Positions 19,502 to 28,564 of a DNA stretch of 64,000 bases are shown here, piece by piece. Source of the DNA: Gemmatimonadota bacterium. Its GTDB lineage: Bacteria > Gemmatimonadota > Gemmatimonadetes > Palauibacterales > KS3-K002. Both the position numbers and the translations under genes were made by a program. Under the pieces are notes generated by a model. The model did no database searches. It saw only the letters and a list, made by a program, of their open reading frames with translations, and was not told the DNA's origin. The stretch's first letter is position 1. Every line of letters starts with the position of its first letter. Location of the stretch: the NCBI GenBank assembly GCA_020344015.1, contig CP070812.1, positions 2,740,126 to 2,804,125 on the forward strand. Direction: 5' to 3'.

Positions 19502-20626
19502 TCAATGCAGCTGCTGGTACCTATCCAGCCAAGCCGCCACGTCCGCATTCGATATCAAGCCTTCCAGGCGCCCGTCCTGAACGACTAGCGCACGCCCAAC
19601 ACCTGCCTTCTCGAGCTTGGTCAGCACCTGGGCCAGGGAGTCCTCCGGGCGAACCGTCACCGCCTCGCAGATCTGCGTCATCACACTGCTCACCTGCGTC
19701 GTCGGCCACTTGTCCCGATCGATCTCTTTGACCTGTCTCAGCGTGATGAGTCCCAACGGCCGGCCATCGCTGTCTAGCACCGGAAAGACGCTGTAACGGC
19801 GAACCAGGAAGTAGTTGTCGACCAGATCCCGCAGTGTCACATCGGCGGCCACGGTCTCGGGGTTACGCGTCATAGCTTCCTGGACCTGCACGCCCTGGAG
19901 GATCCTCCGCATGATCAGCTGCCGGTAGCTAAAAGCGGCTGCCTGCGAGAGGAACCAGCCGATGAAGATCAGCCAGATCCCACTGACCAGGAAACCGCGG
20001 AACAGACTGAGGACGCCGAAGCCGATCATCAGGTAGCCGAACCCCTGCCCTGTGTACGCCGCCAGGCGCGTCGCCTTGCGCACGTCCTTCGTTATGTGCC
20101 AGACGAGGGAACGCAACAGGCGGCCACCGTCCAGCGGGAACCCGGGGATCAGGTTGAACACCGCGAGGATGAAATTGAGGATGGCTAGATACTCGGCAAC
20201 GTCGACAAAGGCCCGGTGCAAACCGAGCGAATCCCCTACCCGCGCGACGACGAGCAGGATACCACCGATCAGCGCACTGGAGAGTGGCCCGACGACGGTG
20301 ATCAAGAACTCGTCCTTCGGGTTCGTCGCCTCGGACCGGATCCGGGCCATGCCGCCGAATATGAATAGAGTGATCCCCTCGACCTGGATGCCGCGTGCTC
20401 TCGCCATGGCGGAATGGGCCAGCTCGTGCAGCAGGACGGAAGCGAAGAAGAGCGAAGCGCCGACCAAAGCCATCGTGAAGTACGTGCCGACGCTCAGCCC
20501 GGGTGTACGCCCGGGGAACACGCTCTGCGCGAACGTCCAGAGGACGAGCAGGAAGACCACGAACCAGGAGTAATCCAGCCGGACCTCGAATCCGAAGAAC
20601 CGACATATGCGGATCCCACCGTTCAT
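19502..20626 (-). CDS. Site-2 protease (M50) with tandem CBS domains
   Basis: HELAH, FNLIPGFPLDGG, C-terminal CBS pair. Confidence 0.94.
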   Translation of the reverse strand: MNGGIRICRFFGFEVRLDYSWFVVFLLVLWTFAQSVFPGRTPGLSVGTYFTMALVGASLFFASVLLHELAHSAMARARGIQVEGITLFIFGGMARIRSEATNPKDEFLITVVGPLSSALIGGILLVVARVGDSLGLHRAFVDVAEYLAILNFILAVFNLIPGFPLDGGRLLRSLVWHITKDVRKATRLAAYTGQGFGYLMIGFGVLSLFRGFLVSGIWLIFIGWFLSQAAAFSYRQLIMRRILQGVQVQEAMTRNPETVAADVTLRDLVDNYFLVRRYSVFPVLDSDGRPLGLITLRQVKEIDRDKWPTTQVSSVMTQICEAVTVRPEDSLAQVLTKLEKAGVGRALVVQDGRLEGLISNADVAAWLDRYQQLH

Positions 20627-21408
20627 CCGTAGCTCCGTTCGATCAGGGACACCCGATAATGGTCCAGCGCGGTCGCAGCATCGTGCTCGGTTACATCTCG
20701 CGCGCCGCTACCTTTCACCGCTTCGCACGACGCCGGATACGCGTCGAGATACCAGAGAGTGCGTAGAGCCGTTGTCGCAGCTTCGGAGTAGCGTTGTAGT
20801 GAATATAGTCCGGACTGTTCGGCGCCGGGAATGTCGGATTCGAACTTTACGGGTTCGTCGAGCTGGCGCGCCTGCCCGGGATCCAGGCGCAGGCCGGCGA
20901 CGCTGAACCCGGGTCGATCTGACCGCAGCCCCAGGACCACGAGTATGTCGGTTTCGGCCGCCGGGCTACCGGCCTCGCGCGCCGCGAACATCCCCGCGAC
21001 CGGTTCGGGCGGCCCCGATTCGGTCACCTGCGCCCAGAACAGGTTTTTCGGCAACTCGACATATAGGGCCGGCGCGGGTGCGCGAAACGGCCACTCACGG
21101 AGTTCGGGTGGTACCTCTATCAGGCTCCGCATAACAGGCGCCTCGAACGCGTAGATCGGGCACCCGGCGCTCCAGAAGTGGTAGCAGTGATAAAGGATCC
21201 GAATGTACTGATCGACGGCTGCCGGCTCCGCATTTTCGGGAAGCACCTGTTCGAGCAGCGCCCCCACGTGCTCCAATTGTGTGAAGTGATCGTATCGCCA
21301 AGTGCTCATGCTGCGACGCTCGCTCTCGTCGGCAAGCGCCGGGAAATCCTGTTCCCCAAACCTCTCTTCCCCGAACGCGACTTCGTAAGGCGTAATCCGG
21401 CCGACCAT
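20623..21408 (-). CDS. Hypothetical protein
   Basis: Fills the gap between the NSS and S2P genes, with an ATGA overlap with the S2P start. Start set at MVGRITPY because the longer ORF overlaps the NSS gene. Confidence 0.75.
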   Translation of the reverse strand: MVGRITPYEVAFGEERFGEQDFPALADESERRSMSTWRYDHFTQLEHVGALLEQVLPENAEPAAVDQYIRILYHCYHFWSAGCPIYAFEAPVMRSLIEVPPELREWPFRAPAPALYVELPKNLFWAQVTESGPPEPVAGMFAAREAGSPAAETDILVVLGLRSDRPGFSVAGLRLDPGQARQLDEPVKFESDIPGAEQSGLYSLQRYSEAATTALRTLWYLDAYPASCEAVKGSGARDVTEHDAATALDHYRVSLIERSYG

Positions 21409-21437
21409 CACTTGTCGTTCTTCCCCTGCTCGGTCCC

Positions 21438-22910
21438 TCAGGTCACACGCTCCAGCTCTGCCTTGCCCTCCGGCACGCCCGACCTCTTCGCCAGCCAGTT
21501 GTTGCCGAGCCAGAACAGCACAAGCACTATCAGCCACTGGAACAGCACAGTGCCAATGCTGAACGAGCTGAACGGATCGAAGGCGGTCCGCCAGCCCTCT
21601 CCCCGCGCCTGAAGGAACCACCAGACGATGAGCACGACCGAGCCGATCAGGCAGAGCACCATCGTCACTTCCCACCAGCGACCGATCTTCATGTCCGCTC
21701 CCGCCTGGTTGACCAGCTCAACCCGGAACCGGCGGACGCCGTACTTCAACACCGCGAAGGCGAAGAAGAAGCCGGAAAGCATGAGCCCGACGCTCCAGAC
21801 GAAGTCCTGATTCGCGAAGAAGCCCATCGACAGAGCGCTCGGCACCCCGGCAAGGAAGCCGACGACGCCGACGAACCATATCGCCCGGTTCCGCGGCAGC
21901 CCCGTGTCCCTGAGGACGCGGGTGGCCAGTTCGATCATCGAGATCAGACTGGTCCAGGCGGCGAAGACGAGTGCGAGGAAGAAGAGCGCCATGAAGAAGC
22001 GGCCGCCGGGCATCATCGAGAAGAGCTGCGGCACCCAAATGAACGTCAGCCCTTCGTTGCCCGCCCCGACTATCTCGTTCGCCACCTCAGGCCCGGCCAT
22101 GGCGAATGCCGTACAGAGGACCATGATCCCGGCCAGCAACGACATGGAGTTGTTCCCGAAGCCCAGCGTAAAGGCGTTCAGGGTCGTGTCCTCGCGGCGG
22201 CGCAGGTAGACGGCGTACGTCAGGATGAGGCCCCAACCCGCCCCGGTGTCCCAGGCGTTCTGGGTCAGCGCGGCTAGCCACACACGGTAGTCAGACAGCT
22301 GAGCCCAATCGGGAGTGAACATGAACTCGAGGCCGCGCACCGCGCCGGGCAGCGTCACGGCGCGTATGGCGAGCACGATCACCAGCACGACCAGGCTGGG
22401 GATCAGCACCCGTGCTACCTGCTCGATCCCGCGCACGCCGCGAGCGACCACGAGTACGCCCAGCGTCATGGCAACTGCGTGGGTCAGCAGCGCGCTCGGC
22501 GATGCGGCGAAGCTCTCCCAGAAAGCCTCCGGCGTCGCACCGGGTATCGCCCCCGTCAGCGCCGCCACGAAATGCCGAATGCACCAGCCCATGACGACGG
22601 AGTAGTAGAACATGATCGCCGTCGCACACCATCCGACCCAAGCCCCCATCCAAGCGAACTTACGGCCGATCAACTTGCCGAACGCGGCAACCGTCCCCGA
22701 GCGCGTCGCCTTGCCGACCGCGAACTCGACGAGGATCAGGGGTACCGACCAGACGAGCAGGAAGATGACCCAAGCGAAGAGGAAGCTGCCGCCACCGTTC
22801 GTCGCTACGATCCGTGGGAATCGCCAGATGTTGCCGGTGCCCACGGCCATCCCGAGCATGGCGAGCATCATCCCCCAGCGGGAAGCGAAGACCTCAGATC
22901 GAGAAGCCAA
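21438..22910 (-). CDS. Sodium-dependent transporter, NSS/SNF family
   Basis: RWGMMLAMLGMAVGTGNIWRFP, GGGSFL, LVEFAVG, ~12 TM helices. Confidence 0.95.
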   Translation of the reverse strand: MASRSEVFASRWGMMLAMLGMAVGTGNIWRFPRIVATNGGGSFLFAWVIFLLVWSVPLILVEFAVGKATRSGTVAAFGKLIGRKFAWMGAWVGWCATAIMFYYSVVMGWCIRHFVAALTGAIPGATPEAFWESFAASPSALLTHAVAMTLGVLVVARGVRGIEQVARVLIPSLVVLVIVLAIRAVTLPGAVRGLEFMFTPDWAQLSDYRVWLAALTQNAWDTGAGWGLILTYAVYLRRREDTTLNAFTLGFGNNSMSLLAGIMVLCTAFAMAGPEVANEIVGAGNEGLTFIWVPQLFSMMPGGRFFMALFFLALVFAAWTSLISMIELATRVLRDTGLPRNRAIWFVGVVGFLAGVPSALSMGFFANQDFVWSVGLMLSGFFFAFAVLKYGVRRFRVELVNQAGADMKIGRWWEVTMVLCLIGSVVLIVWWFLQARGEGWRTAFDPFSSFSIGTVLFQWLIVLVLFWLGNNWLAKRSGVPEGKAELERVT

Positions 22911-22922
22911 AGCCTGATAACC

Positions 22923-23873
22923 TCACGCTGTTTCGGCGGCCACCGACTGAACTCCGGCCAGCCAGCCTTGCACCACCTCGTTGAACTCCTCGGCGTGCGA
23001 AATTAGCAATAGGTGCCCACCGTATTCGATCTCGACGTAAGTCGAGTTCGGCAGCAGATCGGCTATCTCACGCTGCCACTCGGCTGGGGTGTAGGTGTCC
23101 GACGTGCCGCAAATCACCAGCGCCGGCTGCCGAATTCGGGGCAGATCGGACCGAAGATCACAGCTCTTGAACGTGTCCATGCGGGCGCTGCCAACCGACA
23201 TAGGCACACGCACAGGTGTAGTCAACTCGTAGTCGATGATTCGCTCGTTGCCCGGCGATGGGTCGAACACCCAGATCCCGTAACGTCCCCAGAAGTCCGC
23301 CAGCCGACGCATCAGCGGTTCCGGCAGGAAGCGCGAGGTCCAGCGCGCTACCGGAATCAGCAGTGTGCGGTTGAGGCCGACATGCGAAAGATCGAGCCGC
23401 GCCAGCGTGTTGGTGAGGACCAGCCCCCAGGTACGGTTCGGGTAGAGTGCCGCGAAGCGCATGGCGATTGGGCCGCCGAACGACAGCCCCAAGGGGCAGG
23501 CTGCGGATACGCCCAACGCGTCCAGTACCGTGGTCACATCGTGGGCAAACTGATCGAAGCGCTGCTCGACTCCGTTGAAATCGACCCGCAGATTCGGCGC
23601 GATCACCCGGTAGTTCTCCGACAGCGCCGCGATCTGGTAGCGGAAGACCCCGCTGTCGCCGGTCAGCCCGGGAATCAGCACCACGACCGGGCCCTCACCC
23701 CCGTCGATCACCGGGACACACTCGCCGCCCGCCAGCTCGACGAAGACCGGCTCGAGCGTGCCACCGCGATGTTCCCGCAGCGGCCGCGGCGGCCTCGCCT
23801 GGTTACGGCGCCAGCGGTCGACCAGATAGGCGCCGACTGCAGCGCCCGCGCCGAGCGCGAGGAGGCGTCTCAA
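22923..23873 (-). CDS. Alpha/beta hydrolase with N-terminal membrane anchor
   Basis: IPGLTG oxyanion motif, GLSFGG nucleophile elbow, GTSD, GGHL. TTG start. Confidence 0.88.
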   Translation of the reverse strand: MRRLLALGAGAAVGAYLVDRWRRNQARPPRPLREHRGGTLEPVFVELAGGECVPVIDGGEGPVVVLIPGLTGDSGVFRYQIAALSENYRVIAPNLRVDFNGVEQRFDQFAHDVTTVLDALGVSAACPLGLSFGGPIAMRFAALYPNRTWGLVLTNTLARLDLSHVGLNRTLLIPVARWTSRFLPEPLMRRLADFWGRYGIWVFDPSPGNERIIDYELTTPVRVPMSVGSARMDTFKSCDLRSDLPRIRQPALVICGTSDTYTPAEWQREIADLLPNSTYVEIEYGGHLLLISHAEEFNEVVQGWLAGVQSVAAETA

Positions 23874-23880
23874 AGTCTCT

Positions 23881-25185
23881 CTAGCCGATCCTCTCCGCCA
23901 GGTAGCCGCTCAGCTTGCCCACCGCTACGCGATCCTGGGCCAGAGTGTCCCGATCGCGGACGGTGACGGTCTCGTCCTCGAGCGTCTGGCCGTCGACGGT
24001 GATGCAGAACGGCGTGCCCGCCTCATCCTGGCGACGGTAGCGGCGACCGATAGAGCCGGATTCGTCGTGAAAGGCCGGGAATCGGGATCTCAGATCGTCG
24101 TAAATCTTCTGCGATAGCTCGGGCATGCCGTCCTTTTTCACCAGCGGAAAGACCGCCACCTTGAGCGGTGCCAGCTTCGGCTGCAGGCTGAGCACCACGC
24201 GGGCTTCGCCTTCGACTTCTTCTTCGCGGTAGGCATCCGCGAGCAGAACCAGCATCAAGCGGTCGACGCCGCCCGATGTCTCGATGATGTACGGGATATA
24301 CCTCTCGTTCGCCGACTGATCGAAGTATTCGAGCTTCTTCCCCGAGCGCTTCTGATGAGCACCCAAGTCGTAGTCGGTACGATTATGGATCCCCTCGAAC
24401 TCCTGCCAGCCGAACGGGAACTCGTACTGGATGTCGTAGGCGTCGTAAGCGTAGTGAGCGAGCTCCTCGCGCGTGTGCTGTTCGAGGCGCAGCTTCTCGG
24501 CTCGGATGCCAAGCGACTTCATCCACTCGAGCCGCTCGTTTCTCCAGTAATCGAACCACTCTGTGTCCGTACCCGGCTTCACGAAGAACTGCATCTCCAT
24601 CTGTTCGAATTCGCGGGTCCGGAATATGAAGTTCCCCGGTGTGATCTCGTTGCGGAACGCTTTGCCGATCTGCGCGATCCCAAATGGGATCTTCTGGCGC
24701 GACGCGTTAAGCACGTTCAGGAAGTTCACGTAGATGCCCTGCGCCGTCTCGGGACGCAGGTAGACCTGCGCCGCTTCTTCCTCGACCGGGCCCATGAACG
24801 TCTTGAACATCAGGTTGAACATCCGCGGTTCGGTGAACTCGTGCTTGACACCGCAGATCGGACACTGGTCGCCGGTAATCTCGTCGGCTCTGAAGCGGCG
24901 GTGGCAGTTCTTGCACTCGACCAGCGGGTCGGTGAAGCCCTCGACGTGACCGCTCGCCACCCACACCTCCGGGTGCATGAGGATGCCGGCGTCGAGCCCC
25001 TCGATGTCGGGACGCGACACCATATCTCGCCACCAGCGGTCCTTGACGTTCCGCTTGAGCTCGACACCGAGTGGGCCGTAGTCCCACACCGAGCCCAGTC
25101 CGCCGTACACCTCGGACGATTGGAAGACATAGCCGCGCCGCTTACATAGCGAGACCAGCTTCTCCATCAGATCGTTGTTCGACAT
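23881..25185 (-). CDS. glyQS: Glycine--tRNA ligase, homodimeric (alpha2) type
   Basis: [52 protein letters not shown]. Confidence 0.97.
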   Translation of the reverse strand: MSNNDLMEKLVSLCKRRGYVFQSSEVYGGLGSVWDYGPLGVELKRNVKDRWWRDMVSRPDIEGLDAGILMHPEVWVASGHVEGFTDPLVECKNCHRRFRADEITGDQCPICGVKHEFTEPRMFNLMFKTFMGPVEEEAAQVYLRPETAQGIYVNFLNVLNASRQKIPFGIAQIGKAFRNEITPGNFIFRTREFEQMEMQFFVKPGTDTEWFDYWRNERLEWMKSLGIRAEKLRLEQHTREELAHYAYDAYDIQYEFPFGWQEFEGIHNRTDYDLGAHQKRSGKKLEYFDQSANERYIPYIIETSGGVDRLMLVLLADAYREEEVEGEARVVLSLQPKLAPLKVAVFPLVKKDGMPELSQKIYDDLRSRFPAFHDESGSIGRRYRRQDEAGTPFCITVDGQTLEDETVTVRDRDTLAQDRVAVGKLSGYLAERIG

Positions 25186-25209
25186 CTATGGCCTCTCTAG
25201 GTGTGAGCC

Positions 25210-26313
25210 TCACAGTCTATGCCCGTCGGCGCGGCCGCGGCAAGCGTTGCGGGTGAGACGGGATATCCCGGACGCGTCCAGAGACCGGCCACCGGAGTCG
25301 GCCGACTCGACGCCGCCGGGCAGCGGGCCGTCCACGCGCCCGCAGACCAGCAGCACCGGAACGCCGGCCCGGCGCGCCGCCGCCACGACCCGGCCCGTCA
25401 ACTTCCCCATCCCGCTCTGCGCGTCGTAGCGACCCTCGCCGGTCACGACAAGATCGGCAGAAGCCAGTAGATCGCGCAGGCCCGTCGCCCCGATCATCCA
25501 CTCGGCGCCGGAAACCAGCTCGGCCCCCAGGAACGCCCTTGCTCCGGCGCCCAGGCCGCCTGCAGCGCCGGCGCCCGAGAGCCCGGCCACCGCCAGCCCC
25601 AGCTCCGTCTTCAGGACATCGGCCAGCCGGGCGAGCCCCGCCTCCAACACCTCGACCTCTTCAGGGCCCGCCCCCTTTTGGGGGCCATAGACCCGCGCCG
25701 CGCCCTCGCCTCCGAGCAGCGGGTTCTCCACGTCGCACAGCGCCTTAACCCCCACTCCAACGGGATGCGGGGGCGCGTAGATCCTTGCCAGCCCAGTGAG
25801 CGAGCCACCACCCTCGAGAAGCGGCGCCCCCGCCTCGTCCTCGAACCGCCAGCCGAGCGCCCGCGCCATCCCCGTCCCACCGTCTACGGTCCCGCTGCCG
25901 CCCAGCCCGAGCACGACCTCAGAGGCGCCGCCTTCGATCACCAAGTGCAACAGCTCGCCGACGCCACGCGTCGTCGCTCGCAACGGCGCTCTCCGCTCCG
26001 GCGGAATCAGGTGTAGTCCGCAAGCCTCAGCCGACTCGATCACCGCCCGCCGCCCGGCCTGCAGTGTCCGGGCGCGAACCGGCTCACCCAATGGGCCACT
26101 CACCTCATGCTCCGAGAGCCTGCCGCCCAGCAGCGGCGCGCAGGCCTCGAGAAGGCCGTTGCCGCCGTCCGACAGCGGCCGCTCGATGACCTCGGCCGAC
26201 GGCCACACCGCGGTCACCCCAGCGGCCATCGCGCGGGCCACCGCGCTCGGGCCTAGTGTGCCCTTGAAGGCGGTGGGAGCCACCAGGACATTCCTCACGG
26301 AGCTACTTGTCAT
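25210..26313 (-). CDS. glxK: Glycerate kinase (GlxK/GarK family)
   Basis: APTAFKGTL, PLSDGGNG, GLGGSGTVDGG, CDVENPL, YGPQKGA, GAGAAGGLG, TGEG. Confidence 0.93.
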   Translation of the reverse strand: MTSSSVRNVLVAPTAFKGTLGPSAVARAMAAGVTAVWPSAEVIERPLSDGGNGLLEACAPLLGGRLSEHEVSGPLGEPVRARTLQAGRRAVIESAEACGLHLIPPERRAPLRATTRGVGELLHLVIEGGASEVVLGLGGSGTVDGGTGMARALGWRFEDEAGAPLLEGGGSLTGLARIYAPPHPVGVGVKALCDVENPLLGGEGAARVYGPQKGAGPEEVEVLEAGLARLADVLKTELGLAVAGLSGAGAAGGLGAGARAFLGAELVSGAEWMIGATGLRDLLASADLVVTGEGRYDAQSGMGKLTGRVVAAARRAGVPVLLVCGRVDGPLPGGVESADSGGRSLDASGISRLTRNACRGRADGHRL

Positions 26314-26404
26314 GCCATTTCTCGGCCACTAAGATGCCCCACATTCTCACACAATTCCTGCAAATTTAGCCGCAGGCGGCCGACCGAATGTATAGGAGAA
26401 AGCG

Positions 26405-26926
26405 ATGGCCAAGATCAACAACGTCAACGTCGAGGCGATGGCTCGCTTCGCCGCCCAGGTCGAGCAGGATCCCGGAACAGCCAAGAAGCTCAAGTCTGTG
26501 ACCGGACGGTGGAACTTCGAGGACGGCGCGCCCCAGTTCCGGGCCGAGGTCGAGTACCCCGGCGGCGCCCACGCCGTTGAGACAGACTTCGCTCCCTTTA
26601 TGGGCGGTGAAGGGCTCCGACCCGACCCCGTATCCTATTGTATGTACGGCTTCGCCTCCTGCTTCGCGGGGACCTTCGTGGCCATCGCTGCAGCGGAGGG
26701 CGTCGCGCTCGAAGCGCTCGAGGTCACCGTCGAGAACCAGGTCGATCTGAGCAGGGCAATGGGTGTGGCGGATCGCCCAGTTACGGAGGGGATGAACGCC
26801 ACCCTGATGGTCAAATCCAGCGCGCCGCAGGAACATCTAGAGGAGATCAGGCGGCTGGCGGAGGAGCGTTGCCCGGGAGTCTACTGCATCACCAATCCGA
26901 TCCCGTTCAATTCGCGGCTGGCCTGA
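26405..26926 (+). CDS. OsmC/Ohr-family protein
   Basis: GGEGLRPDPVSY, ASCFAGT and ERCPG cysteine pair, RBS AGGAGA. Confidence 0.85.
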   Translation: MAKINNVNVEAMARFAAQVEQDPGTAKKLKSVTGRWNFEDGAPQFRAEVEYPGGAHAVETDFAPFMGGEGLRPDPVSYCMYGFASCFAGTFVAIAAAEGVALEALEVTVENQVDLSRAMGVADRPVTEGMNATLMVKSSAPQEHLEEIRRLAEERCPGVYCITNPIPFNSRLA

Positions 26927-27062
26927 GGGGCCGGCCGGCGGCGGGCGGAATGTCCGGCCGGTTACCCGGCCGGTATTGCGAAATAGCTGCTCGTATCTTT
27001 TCTTACGAGCACTCCAAAACACAATATCGGGAACCTTAACCAGGTCGCGAGGGGGGGTGACA

Positions 27063-27458
27063 ATGCACAAGGTGGCTCCACAGAGGGCGACGGAGCGCGC
27101 CGTACTGACCCATGTCATGCTCGATGTGTACGGCGTCGACTTCGATACGCTCAACGACCCCGACGTGATCGGCGAGATACTGACCGGCGCCGCGGCGACG
27201 GCCGGAATGCACCCGCTGGCCGAGCCTGCGGTCTACCGCTACCCGGGTCAGGGACTCACCGTCTTCCTGCCGATACGCGAGTCACACGACGCAATCCACA
27301 CCTACCCCGAATTCGGCTACGCGTCCATCGACATCGTCAGCTGCGCCCTGGCCGAGCGGGCCCAGCGCGCAGGCGACCACGTGGTCGAGAGCCTAGGTGG
27401 GGAACGGGTCGAAAGCGATATCGTGTATCGGGGATTCTTGGAGGACCGCGGGTTCTGA
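27063..27458 (+). CDS. speD: S-adenosylmethionine decarboxylase proenzyme (class 1B) or homolog
   Basis: HVMLDVYG, ESHDAIHTYPE (E-S self-cleavage site), SIDIVSC. Confidence 0.85.
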   Translation: MHKVAPQRATERAVLTHVMLDVYGVDFDTLNDPDVIGEILTGAAATAGMHPLAEPAVYRYPGQGLTVFLPIRESHDAIHTYPEFGYASIDIVSCALAERAQRAGDHVVESLGGERVESDIVYRGFLEDRGF

Positions 27459-27476
27459 TGTCTTAGCCAACACTCG

Positions 27477-27620
27477 ACAGCCGACTGTCGACGACCGGCT
27501 TCACTTCAACTGACGACGTTCGACGTCCGACTCTCGACGTTCGAGTGCGTCGTCGCGACGAGCGTGGAACGCTGAGCGTCGTTTGCTGAAGAGAAGCCGA
27601 GGGATCGGTAGTCGGCTGTC
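27477..27620. repeat. Long imperfect hairpin built from short CGAC/GTCG-rich units
   Basis: gacagccgact pairs with agtcggctgtc, and cggcttcacttca pairs with tgaagagaagccg. Lies between convergent speD and speE. Confidence 0.65.
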
Positions 27621-27637
27621 CGCTGTTGAACGTCGAA

Positions 27638-28564
27638 TTAGCCCCAGGGATAGTAATCGGTAAACTCGAGCGGTTCAGCGTCAGTCGACACCCTATCGCA
27701 AGTCCGAAGATATTCCTGCATCAGCGCCGGCTGGAACGCGATTCGCCGAACAAAATCCCCCGTCACATACCTTAACTCAGCGCTCGCCGACAGAGCCGCG
27801 TACCGTGCGGCGAATGGCTCACTCGGAAAGGAGCCGGTGTCGACGGCTGGAGATGCATAGGCGAATGCAATCTCCATCCCGTAGCTGGGGACATGAACCG
27901 GGAAGACCGCGACGTGACGGAATACCGACCGTAACGTCGCCACAATCGAGCCGCTAACCTTCGGATGGTGAAACCAGCCACCGGTGTGCGTCACGACCAC
28001 GCCGGTATCCGTCAATCGCTCCGATAGATGTCCGTACGCCTCGCGCGTATAGAGCGACGTCGAGGGGCCTATCGGATCGGTGAGATCGAGGATGATAGTA
28101 TCGAAACGCTCACGGCTTTCCTCTATGTACTTTCTTCCATCCCCTATGTGGAGCTCCGTCCTCGGATCATCCCACGCTTCTCCGCAGATGCCCTGTAAGT
28201 ACTCCCGCGAGGCGTCGACCACCATACCATCGACTTCAACGACCACGGCTCGCCTCACGCTCGAATGCTTGAGCAGCTCGACCAAGATCCCTCCGTCCCC
28301 ACCCCCGATGACGAGCACCTCCACCGGCTGGTCTTGCATGAGCAGCGGCGGATGGACGAGCACCTCGTGGTAGATAAACGTGTCTCGCTCCGTCGCCTGG
28401 ATCGTGCCGTCTAAGATCAGCGCCCTCCCGTAGTCGTACGTATCAACGACTTCGATCCGCTGGAAAGCGCTCGACGCGGAGTAGATCCTGCTGCGCAGCC
28501 TCACGCAACGCTGATGCGTCGGCGATAGGTCTTCTATGTAAACCTCATCTTCAGGAGAATGCAT
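27638..28564 (-). CDS. speE: Polyamine aminopropyltransferase (spermidine synthase)
   Basis: LDGTIQATERD..YHE, IGGGDGG, EVDGMVV, GDGR, DLTDP. TGATG coupling to nadE. Confidence 0.92.
   Translation of the reverse strand: MHSPEDEVYIEDLSPTHQRCVRLRSRIYSASSAFQRIEVVDTYDYGRALILDGTIQATERDTFIYHEVLVHPPLLMQDQPVEVLVIGGGDGGILVELLKHSSVRRAVVVEVDGMVVDASREYLQGICGEAWDDPRTELHIGDGRKYIEESRERFDTIILDLTDPIGPSTSLYTREAYGHLSERLTDTGVVVTHTGGWFHHPKVSGSIVATLRSVFRHVAVFPVHVPSYGMEIAFAYASPAVDTGSFPSEPFAARYAALSASAELRYVTGDFVRRIAFQPALMQEYLRTCDRVSTDAEPLEFTDYYPWG

Noticed and set aside
26976-27062. Possible SAM riboswitch upstream of speD
   Set aside because: Only a short hairpin (gctcgta/tacgagc) is present, and no SAM-I/II consensus core is recognisable.
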